From: Nitrososphaeria archaeon
Lineage (GTDB): Archaea > Thermoproteota > Nitrososphaeria > JACIWG01
Assembly (NCBI GenBank): GCA_963760525.1
Contig: CAVXDT010000003.1
Span: forward strand, 99,638-163,637
Direction of reading: 5' to 3'
DNA length: 64,000 nucleotides
Shown: positions 18,202 to 28,460 of the stretch, one piece after another
Numbering within the stretch: position 1 is the first letter of the stretch
How the letters are laid out: each line of letters begins with the position of its first letter
Program-made: the position numbers and the translations under genes
The notes under the pieces: model-generated
The model's database searches: none
What the model saw: the letters and a program-made list of their open reading frames with translations, nothing else
Told to the model about the DNA's origin: nothing

Positions 18202-18516
18202 TTATTGTATTAGAATAGTCTTTGGATATTCCTTACCTGAACTAGTTCGTATTGTTATAGTGGTTATACCTGATGTTAAAGGTGCAAGAAAAGTCAATTC
18301 AATGGTTTCTGAAGCTCCAGTTTCCAGATATATGGGCGTATTAGGATTAGATGTTCCTCCGCATACACTCGATAAATTCCTTTCTTCAATAAATATGGAT
18401 TTTATGATCGCCTCCGTAGTGCCTATATTTTTGACATTGACTATTATCTCAGTCCTGTTACTTGTATAGGCCTGAAGATCCAGATATTCAATTCCTTTCT
18501 TTGTCTGGGAGCTCAT
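18202..18516 (-). CDS. hypothetical small beta-rich protein
   Basis: 104-aa ORF with alternating beta-like pattern (EIIVNVKNIGTTEAIIKSIFIEE...ITTITIRTSSGKEY). No recognisable motif. Confidence 0.45.
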   Translation of the reverse strand: MSSQTKKGIEYLDLQAYTSNRTEIIVNVKNIGTTEAIIKSIFIEERNLSSVCGGTSNPNTPIYLETGASETIELTFLAPLTSGITTITIRTSSGKEYPKTILIQ

Positions 18517-18634
18517 AGCCCTCCTCTGAGAGCGTATTTGTCGGGTTACTTATATAAAGTTGATTTGAGATTTTCCGTTTAGGTTATGATCCTTATCCTG
18601 AAAATTGACTTTGATTTCCAATGGGAGTCGATGT

Positions 18635-19393
18635 TTATGTTGGCCATAAGTTCAACGATTGACCTTTTATCCCTGGACTTGCTTGAATGGTGACTGAGCC
18701 TGCGTCACTCCAACCAATGTTGCCATCTTCATCCTCCCACTTGACTGATATTGTATACTTCATCATGTTTGGCAAATTGATCAGATATATGCTGCTTTTG
18801 ACTACTGTATCGAAAGTTTGGCCATTCGTCGCGTTGAACCTTATTGTTACCGGGTTTGCGTTTTGTCTGAGGATGATTGCACCTGAAACCTCGATTAACG
18901 ATTCTGGAGTTTCATCTTGAATATTAAATGATTGTGCTGCTTTTGAACCTGGACCCCAATTCAAGATGACTTGTCCCTTGAAGATTGTTCCGTTCTGCCA
19001 GGGGTATAGGCCTTCCCATTCTGTGGTGGCATTGTATATGCCTGGGTTGGGTAGGTCTATGGAAAATGAGCCGTTGGTAATCGTTGCCACATACTTGACT
19101 CCTGAGCTACTTGTGAATACGACGGTCGTATCATGTGTCCCGTTTCCTATGGTATATGCTAGACCAAATACCTTGGCATATGCAGGAGTTGTAAAGGTAG
19201 CAGTTGTAGTAGTTGGGCTTGTCGAACTTGAAGTTGTACTTGAAGTTGTAGTAGTCGTATTATTCCACCAACCGCCAACATTCGAAAAATAGAGAGCAGA
19301 CACTATTAGAGCAATTGCACAAACAGTTATGATGACCGCTTTCCTGGGACCAAGCAAACCAAATTCCATTATTTTCAACAGAGCACTCTCCAA
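18635..19393 (-). CDS. membrane-anchored surface protein with Thr/Ser-rich stalk
   Basis: N-terminal TM (AVIITVCAIALIVSALYF). Linker NNTTTTTSSTTSSSTSPTTTTATFTT. Many N-x-S/T sequons. Confidence 0.7.
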   Translation of the reverse strand: MESALLKIMEFGLLGPRKAVIITVCAIALIVSALYFSNVGGWWNNTTTTTSSTTSSSTSPTTTTATFTTPAYAKVFGLAYTIGNGTHDTTVVFTSSSGVKYVATITNGSFSIDLPNPGIYNATTEWEGLYPWQNGTIFKGQVILNWGPGSKAAQSFNIQDETPESLIEVSGAIILRQNANPVTIRFNATNGQTFDTVVKSSIYLINLPNMMKYTISVKWEDEDGNIGWSDAGSVTIQASPGIKGQSLNLWPT

Positions 19394-19493
19394 GAAGCTT
19401 GTATAAGATGCTATTGTTTAGAAAGCCTAATCAGCAAAATATACAATGACAATTTAAATCCGAAAGATACGATAGTTAGGCTGGTGAAGAAAT

Positions 19494-19889
19494 ATGATTT
19501 TTGTTCATACTAGCATTCGAACGAGAAATATGGATAGATCGATTGACTTCTACACTAGATTGATGGGTCTTAAACTTATGAGCCGACGAGAGATTCCACA
19601 GAATAAGGCTGAGATTGCGTTCCTTCAGGATTCAGATGGGAAAGGAGCTAGACTTGAGCTTACTTTTTATCGAGAACAGAAGAAGTTTATTCAAGCTGAT
19701 TACGAAGATCGATTGTTTGACCATCTTGCTTTTGAAGTCAAGAACATGGAGAATATGATTCAAATGATGCGAAATGAAAAAGTTACAATAACTGATGAAC
19801 CTTATAAGCTTGGTCCTACCGGCCCAGTCATAGCCTTCATAGAAGACCCTGATGGAACACTTATCGAACTGATCGAGAGACAATCTTAG
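19494..19889 (+). CDS. VOC-family protein (glyoxalase I-like)
   Basis: VHTSIRTRNMDRSIDFYTRLMGL...HLAFEV...FIEDPDGTLIELIE pattern. Confidence 0.82.
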   Translation: MIFVHTSIRTRNMDRSIDFYTRLMGLKLMSRREIPQNKAEIAFLQDSDGKGARLELTFYREQKKFIQADYEDRLFDHLAFEVKNMENMIQMMRNEKVTITDEPYKLGPTGPVIAFIEDPDGTLIELIERQS

Positions 19890-19947
19890 AAAAAGAAAGC
19901 ATATTCAGTTTTAGACGAGAAATATCAAAAGGTTTTATTGACACCTT

Positions 19948-20193
19948 CTAGGTGCCCTTGGACCTAACTTTCCTTAGAATCTTTTGCGTCTCTTCTCTTC
20001 CCAGAATTCCTATGAGCTTCTTTTCTGACTCACTTCCATTCCAAGATTCAAGTATCTCTTTTGCCACGCCCCCAATTCCAGGAGACAAGTCTCGAACAGC
20101 CTCGTCGATTACCTTTTTTCGCTTCGCCACATCTTGTGGTCTAAACTCTTTTCCCATGAACAATCCTTCAACATGCTTATGTTTGCGTAGCAC
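19948..20193 (-). CDS. hypothetical small charged protein
   Basis: 81-aa ORF with more protein-like composition than the overlapping + strand ORF. No motif recognised. Confidence 0.3.
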   Translation of the reverse strand: MLRKHKHVEGLFMGKEFRPQDVAKRKKVIDEAVRDLSPGIGGVAKEILESWNGSESEKKLIGILGREETQKILRKVRSKGT

Positions 20194-20282
20194 TTTTAAA
20201 CCATTTTATCATATTCTGGGCTCAGTAGGTCTTTGAACTGTCAAAGTTAAAAGGAGAAGATGTTATGGGGGTATAGGAGAAC

Positions 20283-21212
20283 ATGTCCGTTCCGGTTTCC
20301 CCTCAGAAGTGTATGTGGCTCGATGGCAAGATAGTCCCATGGGGCGATGCCAAATTACATATCATATCGCATGCGTTGCACTATGGTACAGGAGTGTTCG
20401 AAGGTATCAAGGCTTTCAAGACAGACAAGGGAACTTCTATCTTTAGACTGCAGGAGCACATTAAACGCTTCTTCGACTCCGCGAAGATCTTGAGGATAAA
20501 CATACCTTTTTCTCCATATGAAATCGCTGATGCCTGCAAGTCTGTGCTTTCAGAGAACAATCTTGAAGAAGCATACATTCGGCCAATAGCTTTCAAAGAC
20601 TGTATGGCTATGGGTTTGAACGCCATGAAATGTCCGTCCAGGGTGGCTATAGCAGCATGGCCTTGGAGCACCTATCTAGGTCAAGCTTATACTCATGGAG
20701 CAAGGTGCATGATATCTTCATGGAGGAGAACGCCTACTTTCTCGTTCCCAAGTACTGCAAAAGTCTGCGGATGTTATGTGAATAGTCAGCTTGCGAAGAT
20801 GGAGGCTGTTGAAAATGGGTATGATGAAGGTATAATGTTGGATGTAAGAGGATATGTTAGCGAAGGGTCCGGCGAGAACATTTTCGCAGTAATAAAAGAG
20901 AAGTTAGTTACACCATCAGCAAGTGCGTCAATACTTTTAGGTATCACAAGGGACACTTTGATGGTTTTAGCTAAAGACTTAGGTTATGACGTCAGAGAGG
21001 AGGACATTACTGTTGGAGAGCTGCTGACTGCTGAAGAAGTCTTTTTAGCGGGTACAGCAGCTGATGTAACGCCCGTTGTTGAAATCAGCAACTACAAGAT
21101 TGGTGATGGAAAGCCTGGAAAGATTACAGTGCAGCTACAAGATCTTTACGAAAAGGCCAAGAGAGGAAAGCTAAGCAAATACAACGATTGGTTGACATAT
21201 ATTAGTAAATGA
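20283..21212 (+). CDS. ilvE: branched-chain amino acid aminotransferase
   Basis: HALHYGTGVFEGIKAF, EAYIRP, and GYVSEGSGENIF...TP....LLGITR patterns of fold-type IV PLP enzymes. Confidence 0.88.
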   Translation: MSVPVSPQKCMWLDGKIVPWGDAKLHIISHALHYGTGVFEGIKAFKTDKGTSIFRLQEHIKRFFDSAKILRINIPFSPYEIADACKSVLSENNLEEAYIRPIAFKDCMAMGLNAMKCPSRVAIAAWPWSTYLGQAYTHGARCMISSWRRTPTFSFPSTAKVCGCYVNSQLAKMEAVENGYDEGIMLDVRGYVSEGSGENIFAVIKEKLVTPSASASILLGITRDTLMVLAKDLGYDVREEDITVGELLTAEEVFLAGTAADVTPVVEISNYKIGDGKPGKITVQLQDLYEKAKRGKLSKYNDWLTYISK

Positions 21213-21310
21213 TGTCACCACTTACGATAATTCGTCACTCTAACGCAATTTCCTTTTGGCTTAGGTCTCATTTAGAAGAGCTTATATAATTCAAAATATA
21301 ATATGAGAAT

Positions 21311-22435
21311 TTGAAAATGAGCAATACAGATAGGCTCTATGCAGCGCCATACATTTCTAGTTTCTTAATGGGGCTCGCAACGTCCATCTGGATGACTTAC
21401 ATTCCTCTCTATGCATACAATCTTGGAGCTAGTGAGGTTGAAGTTGGCTTGATTGCAGGCGCTCAAAGCGTACTTTACATAATCATGCTGTTACTATTTA
21501 ATTCCTTCCTAGATAAGATAGGCCCAAAAAGAGCAGTTCTCATTGGGTCAATAATATTAGTTTCAATAAACATGCTTTACTTTATTATCTCACAACCTAT
21601 TTGGTTTATTCCCCTAAAAGCTGTTGAAGGTTTAGGCGCAGCATTTATCTGGCCATCATTTCAATCCCTATTTAGCGAAAGTGGGAACAGGTTAAGGATG
21701 TATAATATTATGTGGAGTTCAAGTGTAGTGCTAGCACCGTATATTGGTGGTGTCATTGCCCAAACATCAGAGCTTAGAAACATCTTCTATATTTCAGGAT
21801 TGCTCATACTTTGTGTAGTTGCATTAACTTTTCTATTCCCCAAAATGTCGAAAAGACAGATTGGCAACAACGCTGTTCCCAGTAGCGTTCCAAAGATAGG
21901 AAAGAAGGAATTTAGTTATCTTCTTTTTACAATTATGTTCAGCTTGCCAATGATCATAATAATTACATTCTTTCCAATTTTTGCAACATCTAGCGGGATA
22001 TCAGTTATTGAGACCGGATACATTCTGGCAGTGTCCAACCTTGGAAGAATTCTTGCGTTTTTCCTGCCGTTAAGCTTGCTGGAACCCTTCAGAAAAGATA
22101 GGGTTTTACAGCTTACAATTCTGGCAGCTGCACTTGCTCCAATCACGATTGTGTACCTATATAGCCAAATAGTGTTTCTTTATTTGGGATTATTTGCTTT
22201 CGGGTTGTTTACAGGGTTATTTTACTCACCTGTCCAATATCGTATCTTGAACATTGATGCGGACAGGAAGGGCTATTATGCGGGAATACTTGAAGCAAGT
22301 ATTTGGGTTGGATACCTTATCGGGCCAATATTAGGTGGGTTTGTTGCCTCCATCACGTTGAGCGCTGTCTTTTTCCTCCCACTAATCATTTGTATACCCA
22401 TCCTATTATTTGCTCTTATTGTTAGAGGTTATTAG
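21311..22435 (+). CDS. MFS-type transporter (intact paralog of 11618-12773)
   Basis: Multiple TMs. Motif A is FLDKIGPKR. Long collinear protein and DNA similarity to the frameshifted copy; CCTCTCTATGCATACAATCTTGG is shared verbatim. Confidence 0.8.
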   Translation: MKMSNTDRLYAAPYISSFLMGLATSIWMTYIPLYAYNLGASEVEVGLIAGAQSVLYIIMLLLFNSFLDKIGPKRAVLIGSIILVSINMLYFIISQPIWFIPLKAVEGLGAAFIWPSFQSLFSESGNRLRMYNIMWSSSVVLAPYIGGVIAQTSELRNIFYISGLLILCVVALTFLFPKMSKRQIGNNAVPSSVPKIGKKEFSYLLFTIMFSLPMIIIITFFPIFATSSGISVIETGYILAVSNLGRILAFFLPLSLLEPFRKDRVLQLTILAAALAPITIVYLYSQIVFLYLGLFAFGLFTGLFYSPVQYRILNIDADRKGYYAGILEASIWVGYLIGPILGGFVASITLSAVFFLPLIICIPILLFALIVRGY

Positions 22436-22544
22436 AAATAAGCCCAAGTTTGCCTGCTAAACCTTAGCGTATTATCAGATTAGTGTCCATATGGCAATGG
22501 CTATCTTTAAGCTTAAATATGGTGATATATCTGAAGACTGACAA

Positions 22545-23390
22545 GTGGAAAATTTGGCAATGTCAAAATATTTAGTAGCAGCTGTAATTGGAATAGTCGC
22601 TGTCGCAGCATTCGCAATAGGACTCTATACAAGTCCTATGATAATGCCTTCAAGCAAAGTATCAGACTCGATATGGGATAACATAGTTAAAAACGGCAAA
22701 ATAAGAGTTGGTACCGAACCAGGATGGCCACCATATGAATACCTGGATGAAAGTGGTAAGATTATTGGGTTCGAAGTCGACTTGACGGAGGCAATAGCAG
22801 CTAAACTTAACCTTCAAGTTGAATGGCATAATGTAGGATTTGACACTATAATACCATCAATACAGTCAGGAGAATTGGATTTAGGCGTAAGCGGGTTTTC
22901 TGTAACTGCAGACAGATTGGAAATTGTCCAGTTTACAATGTATCATAGTATAACGGAGGGCCAAATAATAATGCTAGACAATGTGAAGACTGCGAAGGGT
23001 ATTACGACGATAAAGTCCATATCAGAGATATCAACCCTTAACCTAAAGGTTGGAACACAGACTGGGACAACGGAAGAGGGCGAGTTGCTTGGTGCGATTC
23101 CGAATAATCTTGTCTCATCCTACACAACTTATCTAGATGCTCTTACAGCAATGAAGAACGGTCTAGTTGATTGCGTCTATGCAGAAACACCTATTACTTC
23201 CGATTGGATACTTCAAGCAGAACAGAAAAATGAGCAACAAATAGACATTGTTTTCAGAAGGCCCTATTATCCTGTCGCTTTCGTAGCCAGCAAAGATGCA
23301 AACACTCTTGTATCGAAAGTGAATGGTGCACTTGCTGACATAATAGCCTCCGGACAACTAGATACTCTTAAACAAAAGTGGAAAAGCTAG
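22545..23390 (+). CDS. polar amino-acid ABC transporter substrate-binding protein (membrane-anchored)
   Basis: N-terminal TM anchor, then SBP_bac_3-like sequence: IRVGTEPGWPPYEY...GFEVDL...DLGVSGFSVTADR. Confidence 0.85.
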   Translation: MENLAMSKYLVAAVIGIVAVAAFAIGLYTSPMIMPSSKVSDSIWDNIVKNGKIRVGTEPGWPPYEYLDESGKIIGFEVDLTEAIAAKLNLQVEWHNVGFDTIIPSIQSGELDLGVSGFSVTADRLEIVQFTMYHSITEGQIIMLDNVKTAKGITTIKSISEISTLNLKVGTQTGTTEEGELLGAIPNNLVSSYTTYLDALTAMKNGLVDCVYAETPITSDWILQAEQKNEQQIDIVFRRPYYPVAFVASKDANTLVSKVNGALADIIASGQLDTLKQKWKS

Positions 23391-23412
23391 CTGAAAACAT
23401 AAGTGACGGATA

Positions 23413-24063
23413 TTGGATGTAGTACAACAGCTTCTACTTATGGTAGAAGGGATCCTTACAACCCTGACAATATCCGTCCTTTCTTTTTTACTAGGAATGG
23501 CTGCTGGGCTTCCCCTGGCATTCGGAAGAATTTACGAGAAAAGCTCAAGGCCTTTGGTCGAAGTATTTGAAAAGTTTTTCAGAGGTATACCCGAATTAGT
23601 TTTGATGTTAATGTTTTATTGGGGTGTGGGATCATACATTCCTTTCCCTTTTAAGAACGCAGTTTTTACAGCGACCTTTGTCTTGGGTATGCGAAGTGCA
23701 GCTAACCAGTCCCAAATATTCAGGGGCGCCATAAGAGGCATAGGCGAAGAACAAATGGTCGCTGCAAGATCACTTGGATTTTCAAGGTTATGGTCAGCAA
23801 TTCATGTTATGATACCTCAAGTCTTTGTTTTCTCAACACCCGGTTTAGGAAGCGAATATGCACTTCTCATAAAAGATTCTGCATATGCATTTGTAATAGG
23901 GGTGCCCGACGTAATGTTCATTACAAATTCGATTAGAAAAGCGACCTTGGACCCTGTGACACCATATCTTGCAGCAGCCTTTCTTTACATATTACTAACC
24001 TTTCCAATTGCAACATGGCTGGATACTTGGGGGAGTAGAAGAAAGAAAGAGTTGGGGTTATAA
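23413..24063 (+). CDS. polar amino-acid ABC transporter permease
   Basis: His/Glu/Gln/Arg-type permease with EAA-like loop IRGIGEEQMVAARSLGFSRLW. Confidence 0.85.
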   Translation: MDVVQQLLLMVEGILTTLTISVLSFLLGMAAGLPLAFGRIYEKSSRPLVEVFEKFFRGIPELVLMLMFYWGVGSYIPFPFKNAVFTATFVLGMRSAANQSQIFRGAIRGIGEEQMVAARSLGFSRLWSAIHVMIPQVFVFSTPGLGSEYALLIKDSAYAFVIGVPDVMFITNSIRKATLDPVTPYLAAAFLYILLTFPIATWLDTWGSRRKKELGL

Positions 24064-24067
24064 AGAA

Positions 24068-24823
24068 ATGACAGGCACTGTAATGGAATGTAAAAATCTC
24101 TGGAAAACATATGAGCAGCATCTTATTGCAGTAAAAGATGTCTCGCTGCAAATAGAAGAGGGTGACATTAAGCTCATATTTGGGCCAAGCGGTTCGGGGA
24201 AAAGTACCCTCCTAAGATGCTTGGCAATGCTAACACCCCCTGATAGAGGTGACGTTTTCCTCAGGGGAGAATGCTTAACAAAGGCAGGTACAGATTTGAA
24301 CAAGGCTAGAGCCAGAATAGGTTTCGTCTTTCAACAAATCTACCTTTTCCGCCATCTCAACGCTTTGGGAAACGTTGAATTAGCATTAAGAAGGGTATTG
24401 AAGCTTCCCAAAGAAGAGGCAAAGAAACGCGCGTTAGAAGCTCTTGAAGAGGTAAAGATGGAAGAGTGGGCGCATCACTATCCAGCCCAACTTTCTGGAG
24501 GGCAACAGCAAAGAGTAGGTATCGCAAGAGCACTAGCCCGGAATCCCGACATCATATTGCTTGATGAGCCAACTTCAGCACTTGACCCTGAACTTACTGG
24601 GGAAGTAATAGACACTCTCCGAGATCTCGCAAAAAAAGGAACCACCATGCTTATAGTCAGTCATGAAATGCCTTTCGCACGCGAAGTGGCAGATGAAATG
24701 ATTTTTTATGATGAAGGCAACATAATAGAAACAGGTCCACCCGAACAATTCTTTACAAATCCAAAAAGTGAGAGAGCTAAAAAGTTTATGGCAAGACTAA
24801 TAAAGAGAACAAAAAGGGAATAA
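24068..24823 (+). CDS. polar amino-acid ABC transporter ATP-binding protein
   Basis: Walker A GPSGSGKST, signature LSGGQQQRV, Walker B ILLDEPTSALD. Start placed at ATG 24068; the ORF track begins at 24008, inside the upstream permease. Confidence 0.9.
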   Translation: MTGTVMECKNLWKTYEQHLIAVKDVSLQIEEGDIKLIFGPSGSGKSTLLRCLAMLTPPDRGDVFLRGECLTKAGTDLNKARARIGFVFQQIYLFRHLNALGNVELALRRVLKLPKEEAKKRALEALEEVKMEEWAHHYPAQLSGGQQQRVGIARALARNPDIILLDEPTSALDPELTGEVIDTLRDLAKKGTTMLIVSHEMPFAREVADEMIFYDEGNIIETGPPEQFFTNPKSERAKKFMARLIKRTKRE

Positions 24824-24824
24824 C

Positions 24825-25487
24825 ATGGATTACATAATAGAATACCTACCGCTTATCTTTAATGGCTTCGTCTTAACAGTTGGTGTGTCGTTGTTCGGTA
24901 TATTTGCTGGACTTGTCTTAGGGATTATTTTAGCCCTTGGCGACTCGTATGGAGGACGAATTATCTCAACATTGATTCGAGGGTATGTTGAATTCTTCCG
25001 AGGAAGTCCGATAATAATTCAACTATTCATATTCCTCTACGTTATCCCAACATTGCTCAACTTTCGCACAGATCCATTAATCGTGGGCTTTTCAGTCTTT
25101 GCCCTTAACAGTGCTGCTTACCAGAAAGGTTACATCAAAGGCGCAATAGATGCGGTTTTCGAAGATCAAATGACAGCTGGGCTCTCAATAGGCATGTCAA
25201 AACCGCAAATAATCTTCTACGTAATTCTTCCACAAGCACTGAGAATAGTGATTCCAGCATGGAGTAATGAATATTGTTCCCTTACAAAAAGTACACCAGC
25301 ACTCCTCGTCATCGGTGTCAGAGATCTAACTGCAGCAGCCACAACGATCATCGGCCAAACCTATAGAGTACTTGAGACATATGTTTTCATCGCAATGATT
25401 TATCTCGCTTGGATCACAGCGATCACAAAAATAATGGACATAGTTTATGAAAAGAAGAAGATTCCGGGAATAGAAATCTCAGCGTGA
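24825..25487 (+). CDS. polar amino-acid ABC transporter permease (second subunit)
   Basis: EAA-like loop IDAVFEDQMTAGLSIGMSKPQ. Follows the ATPase gene directly. Confidence 0.85.
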   Translation: MDYIIEYLPLIFNGFVLTVGVSLFGIFAGLVLGIILALGDSYGGRIISTLIRGYVEFFRGSPIIIQLFIFLYVIPTLLNFRTDPLIVGFSVFALNSAAYQKGYIKGAIDAVFEDQMTAGLSIGMSKPQIIFYVILPQALRIVIPAWSNEYCSLTKSTPALLVIGVRDLTAAATTIIGQTYRVLETYVFIAMIYLAWITAITKIMDIVYEKKKIPGIEISA

Positions 25488-25604
25488 AAAGCCTTATCCT
25501 ATTAGAGCGTTTCAAGATCATTTGAGCAATAAACAACTTCGTATATGGTGGCAAAACACGAATGAGAATTATCTATTATGCGAGAAGTAATCAGAAAGCA
25601 TGAA

Positions 25605-26498
25605 TCATGTGGAAGGTTCTGTTTTTTCAGAAACTGTTTCAATTCTTTTTAGAAAAGCCTTGACAATATCAGCGAGGTTTTCGCATGCAATACGCCTGAC
25701 TTCTGCAGAACTGTCGATCTGCGAATCAAATCTCTCAATCTCTTTCTGATCTCTCGTGATCTGTTCAAGGATTTCTTGCCTCCTGCGCTCATATTCTTCT
25801 CGATGACTCATTTCTGTAGTGGCGAAAGATTTTTCTATTTCTTCAAGTTCTTTTTTTGCTGCAATAAGCCTTAGGGTTGCATCCTCCTCTTTCTGTGCCT
25901 TAGTCTTCTTCGAGATACCTACGAAAAAGCCAGTTTTCATATTTTGTATGCTATGTAATTCTTGCTCGAACGCATCAATTTTATCCACTAAAGGTTTCGT
26001 TGTATGTTCCCTTTTTTCTGTAATCTCCTTCATCTCTGATGTATGTTCTTGTTCTATTTGTGAGAGCATGTTTTTGGAATTGAGAAGGCGTTGAAATATT
26101 TCTGATTCCGATGATTCCTTAAGACTTTTATCTGTTAAAGCCAATTCGATATTCGAGAATATCTGCGAACATTCCTGTCGGAATTTCTCATCCACTGCAA
26201 CCGCTTGACTAGACTCAAAATCAGTCAGAACAGTATGCAAATTCATTAGCCATCGCTCAGAATATTCATGAAATGATGCTAAAGCAAATTTTTGGGTACC
26301 AAGGTTATGTAAACTATTAAGGGTTCGGCTTACAACTTCGTTTAGGGATTGGACAGTCTGCTCTCGCGAGTAAGTTCCACTCAATCGGGGCTTCTCAGTC
26401 TTAGTTTTTGATCTAATCCTCCTAGGTTTTTGAAAGCCTTTTGAAGTTCCAGTTCTCTGATGTGATTGGTATCCCACAGTTTTAATTGTATACCTCAA
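25605..26498 (-). CDS. hypothetical coiled-coil protein with basic N-terminus
   Basis: 297 aa. Arg/Lys-rich first about 45 aa, then long heptad-like Glu/Lys/Gln-rich segments. TTG start. No catalytic motif. Confidence 0.55.
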   Translation of the reverse strand: MRYTIKTVGYQSHQRTGTSKGFQKPRRIRSKTKTEKPRLSGTYSREQTVQSLNEVVSRTLNSLHNLGTQKFALASFHEYSERWLMNLHTVLTDFESSQAVAVDEKFRQECSQIFSNIELALTDKSLKESSESEIFQRLLNSKNMLSQIEQEHTSEMKEITEKREHTTKPLVDKIDAFEQELHSIQNMKTGFFVGISKKTKAQKEEDATLRLIAAKKELEEIEKSFATTEMSHREEYERRRQEILEQITRDQKEIERFDSQIDSSAEVRRIACENLADIVKAFLKRIETVSEKTEPST

Positions 26499-26533
26499 AG
26501 TATTTATCTTTTATAATAGAGATCAGGTTGAAA

Positions 26534-27007
26534 ATGGATAATATTATGTTAGGCTCTGAGAAAGGGACATATGTTTTGATTCTGAAGCTTGAAAAAGAAT
26601 CCATCATTAAAGTTGGAGCTCTTGGAATGAAAAACTTCAAAATTGGCTTCTATGCTTACATAGGATCAGCTTTTGGCCGTGGAGGGTTCAAAGCAAGAAT
26701 CTCAAGATATTCTGAAGTTAGGAGACAAAGATGGCATATTGATTACGTATTGGATTTCATGGAAACGGTCGAGGTTTGGGCAATATCTAATGCAAGAATT
26801 GAAGAAGAACTAGCTGGAGACGCGGTAAAAGTCTTCGATTACATTAAGGGGTTCGGCTGCACTGATAAAAGTGGTGACATTTCACATCTATTGTACTTAA
26901 GCAACAAAGGCCTGCTCTCAGAATTCAAGAGGTTGATCGAAAATCACGGCTTAGGAAGATCATACGCATATGGATGCAAAAAGGGTGAACGTCTAAGTAA
27001 ATGTTAG
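26534..27007 (+). CDS. GIY-YIG nuclease superfamily protein, DUF123 type
   Basis: GTYVLILKL...VGALG...GFYAYIGSAFG.GGFKARISRY...RWHIDYVL pattern is characteristic of DUF123. ATG 26534 is preferred over the upstream start at 26486. Confidence 0.75.
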   Translation: MDNIMLGSEKGTYVLILKLEKESIIKVGALGMKNFKIGFYAYIGSAFGRGGFKARISRYSEVRRQRWHIDYVLDFMETVEVWAISNARIEEELAGDAVKVFDYIKGFGCTDKSGDISHLLYLSNKGLLSEFKRLIENHGLGRSYAYGCKKGERLSKC

Positions 27008-27199
27008 ACAGAAAAGAAGTATTAGACCATACACCTCTATAAATAAGACAAGGAAATTTGTACTCAGTTTGTAAAACAAGCTCATCCAATCTTAGACGAT
27101 CGATTATTCATTCATGAGTTTAGGATCAGCAAAAAATTTAAGACTATCACAAAGAACAACAGGTGCAGATGAAATTCGAGGTAATTCGGGGTATGACTT

Positions 27200-28375
27200 T
27201 TGTTGCTTTCTAAAAGATTTCCCTATGGAATTGTTACAGTGTTTTTGCTTGGGTGGATTGCAATAGTATATCCTAGAGCGCTAATATCTAATCTGTTACC
27301 TACAGTTGAAGACGAATTTAAGATCACTCATACAGAATCAGCATTGCTTATAAGTTCTTATTTACTTTCATACGCCATTGTCCAGTTGCCTTCAGGCTCT
27401 CTGGGCGATAAATTTGGTAATAAACGTCTTGTAATAATTTCAATGTTTGGAACTGCTTTTGGGAGTATACTCATGAGCTTAGCCCCTACATTTCCAATTG
27501 CAATAATTGTTAGAATAATTGCAGGTTTCGCATCTGGCTTTTTCTATGCAACTGCATCAAATATCATAGTGCAAAACACCGAGAGCTCCCAACAAGGTCA
27601 AGCCTTAGGAACTTCTTTTAATGGAGTTTACATAGCCAGTGCTCTGATTTCTCTTTCAGTAGGTAGCCTTACAGTAAGTAGCTGGCGATTCTTTTACCTG
27701 ATTGGCTCAATTCCTGGCTTAATCTCTATACCTCTAATGTATTTTTTCATAAAAGAAAATCGAGTTAACGGAAAACAGACTAGAAATCGTAGCTTAAGTC
27801 TTAAGTCAATATTGTATGAAGCCAAGAAGAAATCACTGTTACTCGCATTAATATTTAATTTCATTTCATCACTATCCTATTTTGGGTTAACTTTTTTCAT
27901 CCCAACGTATTTTGTTTTAGGAAGATCACTATCAGTTGCTGAAGCATCTTCTATAATGTTCATCCAAGCCCTATCATCAATTGGAAGTGGTTCAGCTGCT
28001 GGGTACTTAGCTGATCGTTTCGGTGTCAAGTTGCCTGTGATAATCTCGACTTCAATAATGTGCATAGTCGTGTTACTTTTCCCCCTCATTCCACTCGGAT
28101 TACCAATGGTACTACTGCTTATAATTTGGGGTGTAATGGGTGGATGGTCTTTCATTTCTATGAGCGTGCTTGTAGTTCAAGTGGTCTCTCCAAATGTGAG
28201 AGGGACCTTCCTAGGATTGTATAATGAAGTTGGTTTCATAAGCGCAACTATAGGTCCCATTATTCTAGGATTCATCATTGATATTTCCAACTTCGATATG
28301 TTTTTCTTGGCATGCTTAATATTTTATATCGCTGCTCTAACTAGTATATTATTGATAAGAGAAAAAACCGCATAG
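27200..28375 (+). CDS. MFS transporter
   Basis: About 12 hydrophobic segments. Motif A is GSLGDKFGNKR. TTG start. Confidence 0.85.
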   Translation: MLLSKRFPYGIVTVFLLGWIAIVYPRALISNLLPTVEDEFKITHTESALLISSYLLSYAIVQLPSGSLGDKFGNKRLVIISMFGTAFGSILMSLAPTFPIAIIVRIIAGFASGFFYATASNIIVQNTESSQQGQALGTSFNGVYIASALISLSVGSLTVSSWRFFYLIGSIPGLISIPLMYFFIKENRVNGKQTRNRSLSLKSILYEAKKKSLLLALIFNFISSLSYFGLTFFIPTYFVLGRSLSVAEASSIMFIQALSSIGSGSAAGYLADRFGVKLPVIISTSIMCIVVLLFPLIPLGLPMVLLLIIWGVMGGWSFISMSVLVVQVVSPNVRGTFLGLYNEVGFISATIGPIILGFIIDISNFDMFFLACLIFYIAALTSILLIREKTA

Positions 28376-28460
28376 AGCAAGATGACGTGAAATGGCATAA
28401 ATGCTATTTACCTAGATGAGTAAATAATCCAAGCATTCCCAATTGGGATATGACGGAATT

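Noticed and set aside
24008-24067. N-terminal extensions proposed by the ORF track for the ABC ATPase. Extensions at 46984-47121 for the AKR-FeS gene and 26486-26533 for DUF123 were treated the same way.
   Set aside because: The extensions overlap upstream genes or encode non-homologous junk. Family-typical N-termini begin at the internal ATG codons 24068, 47122 and 26534.
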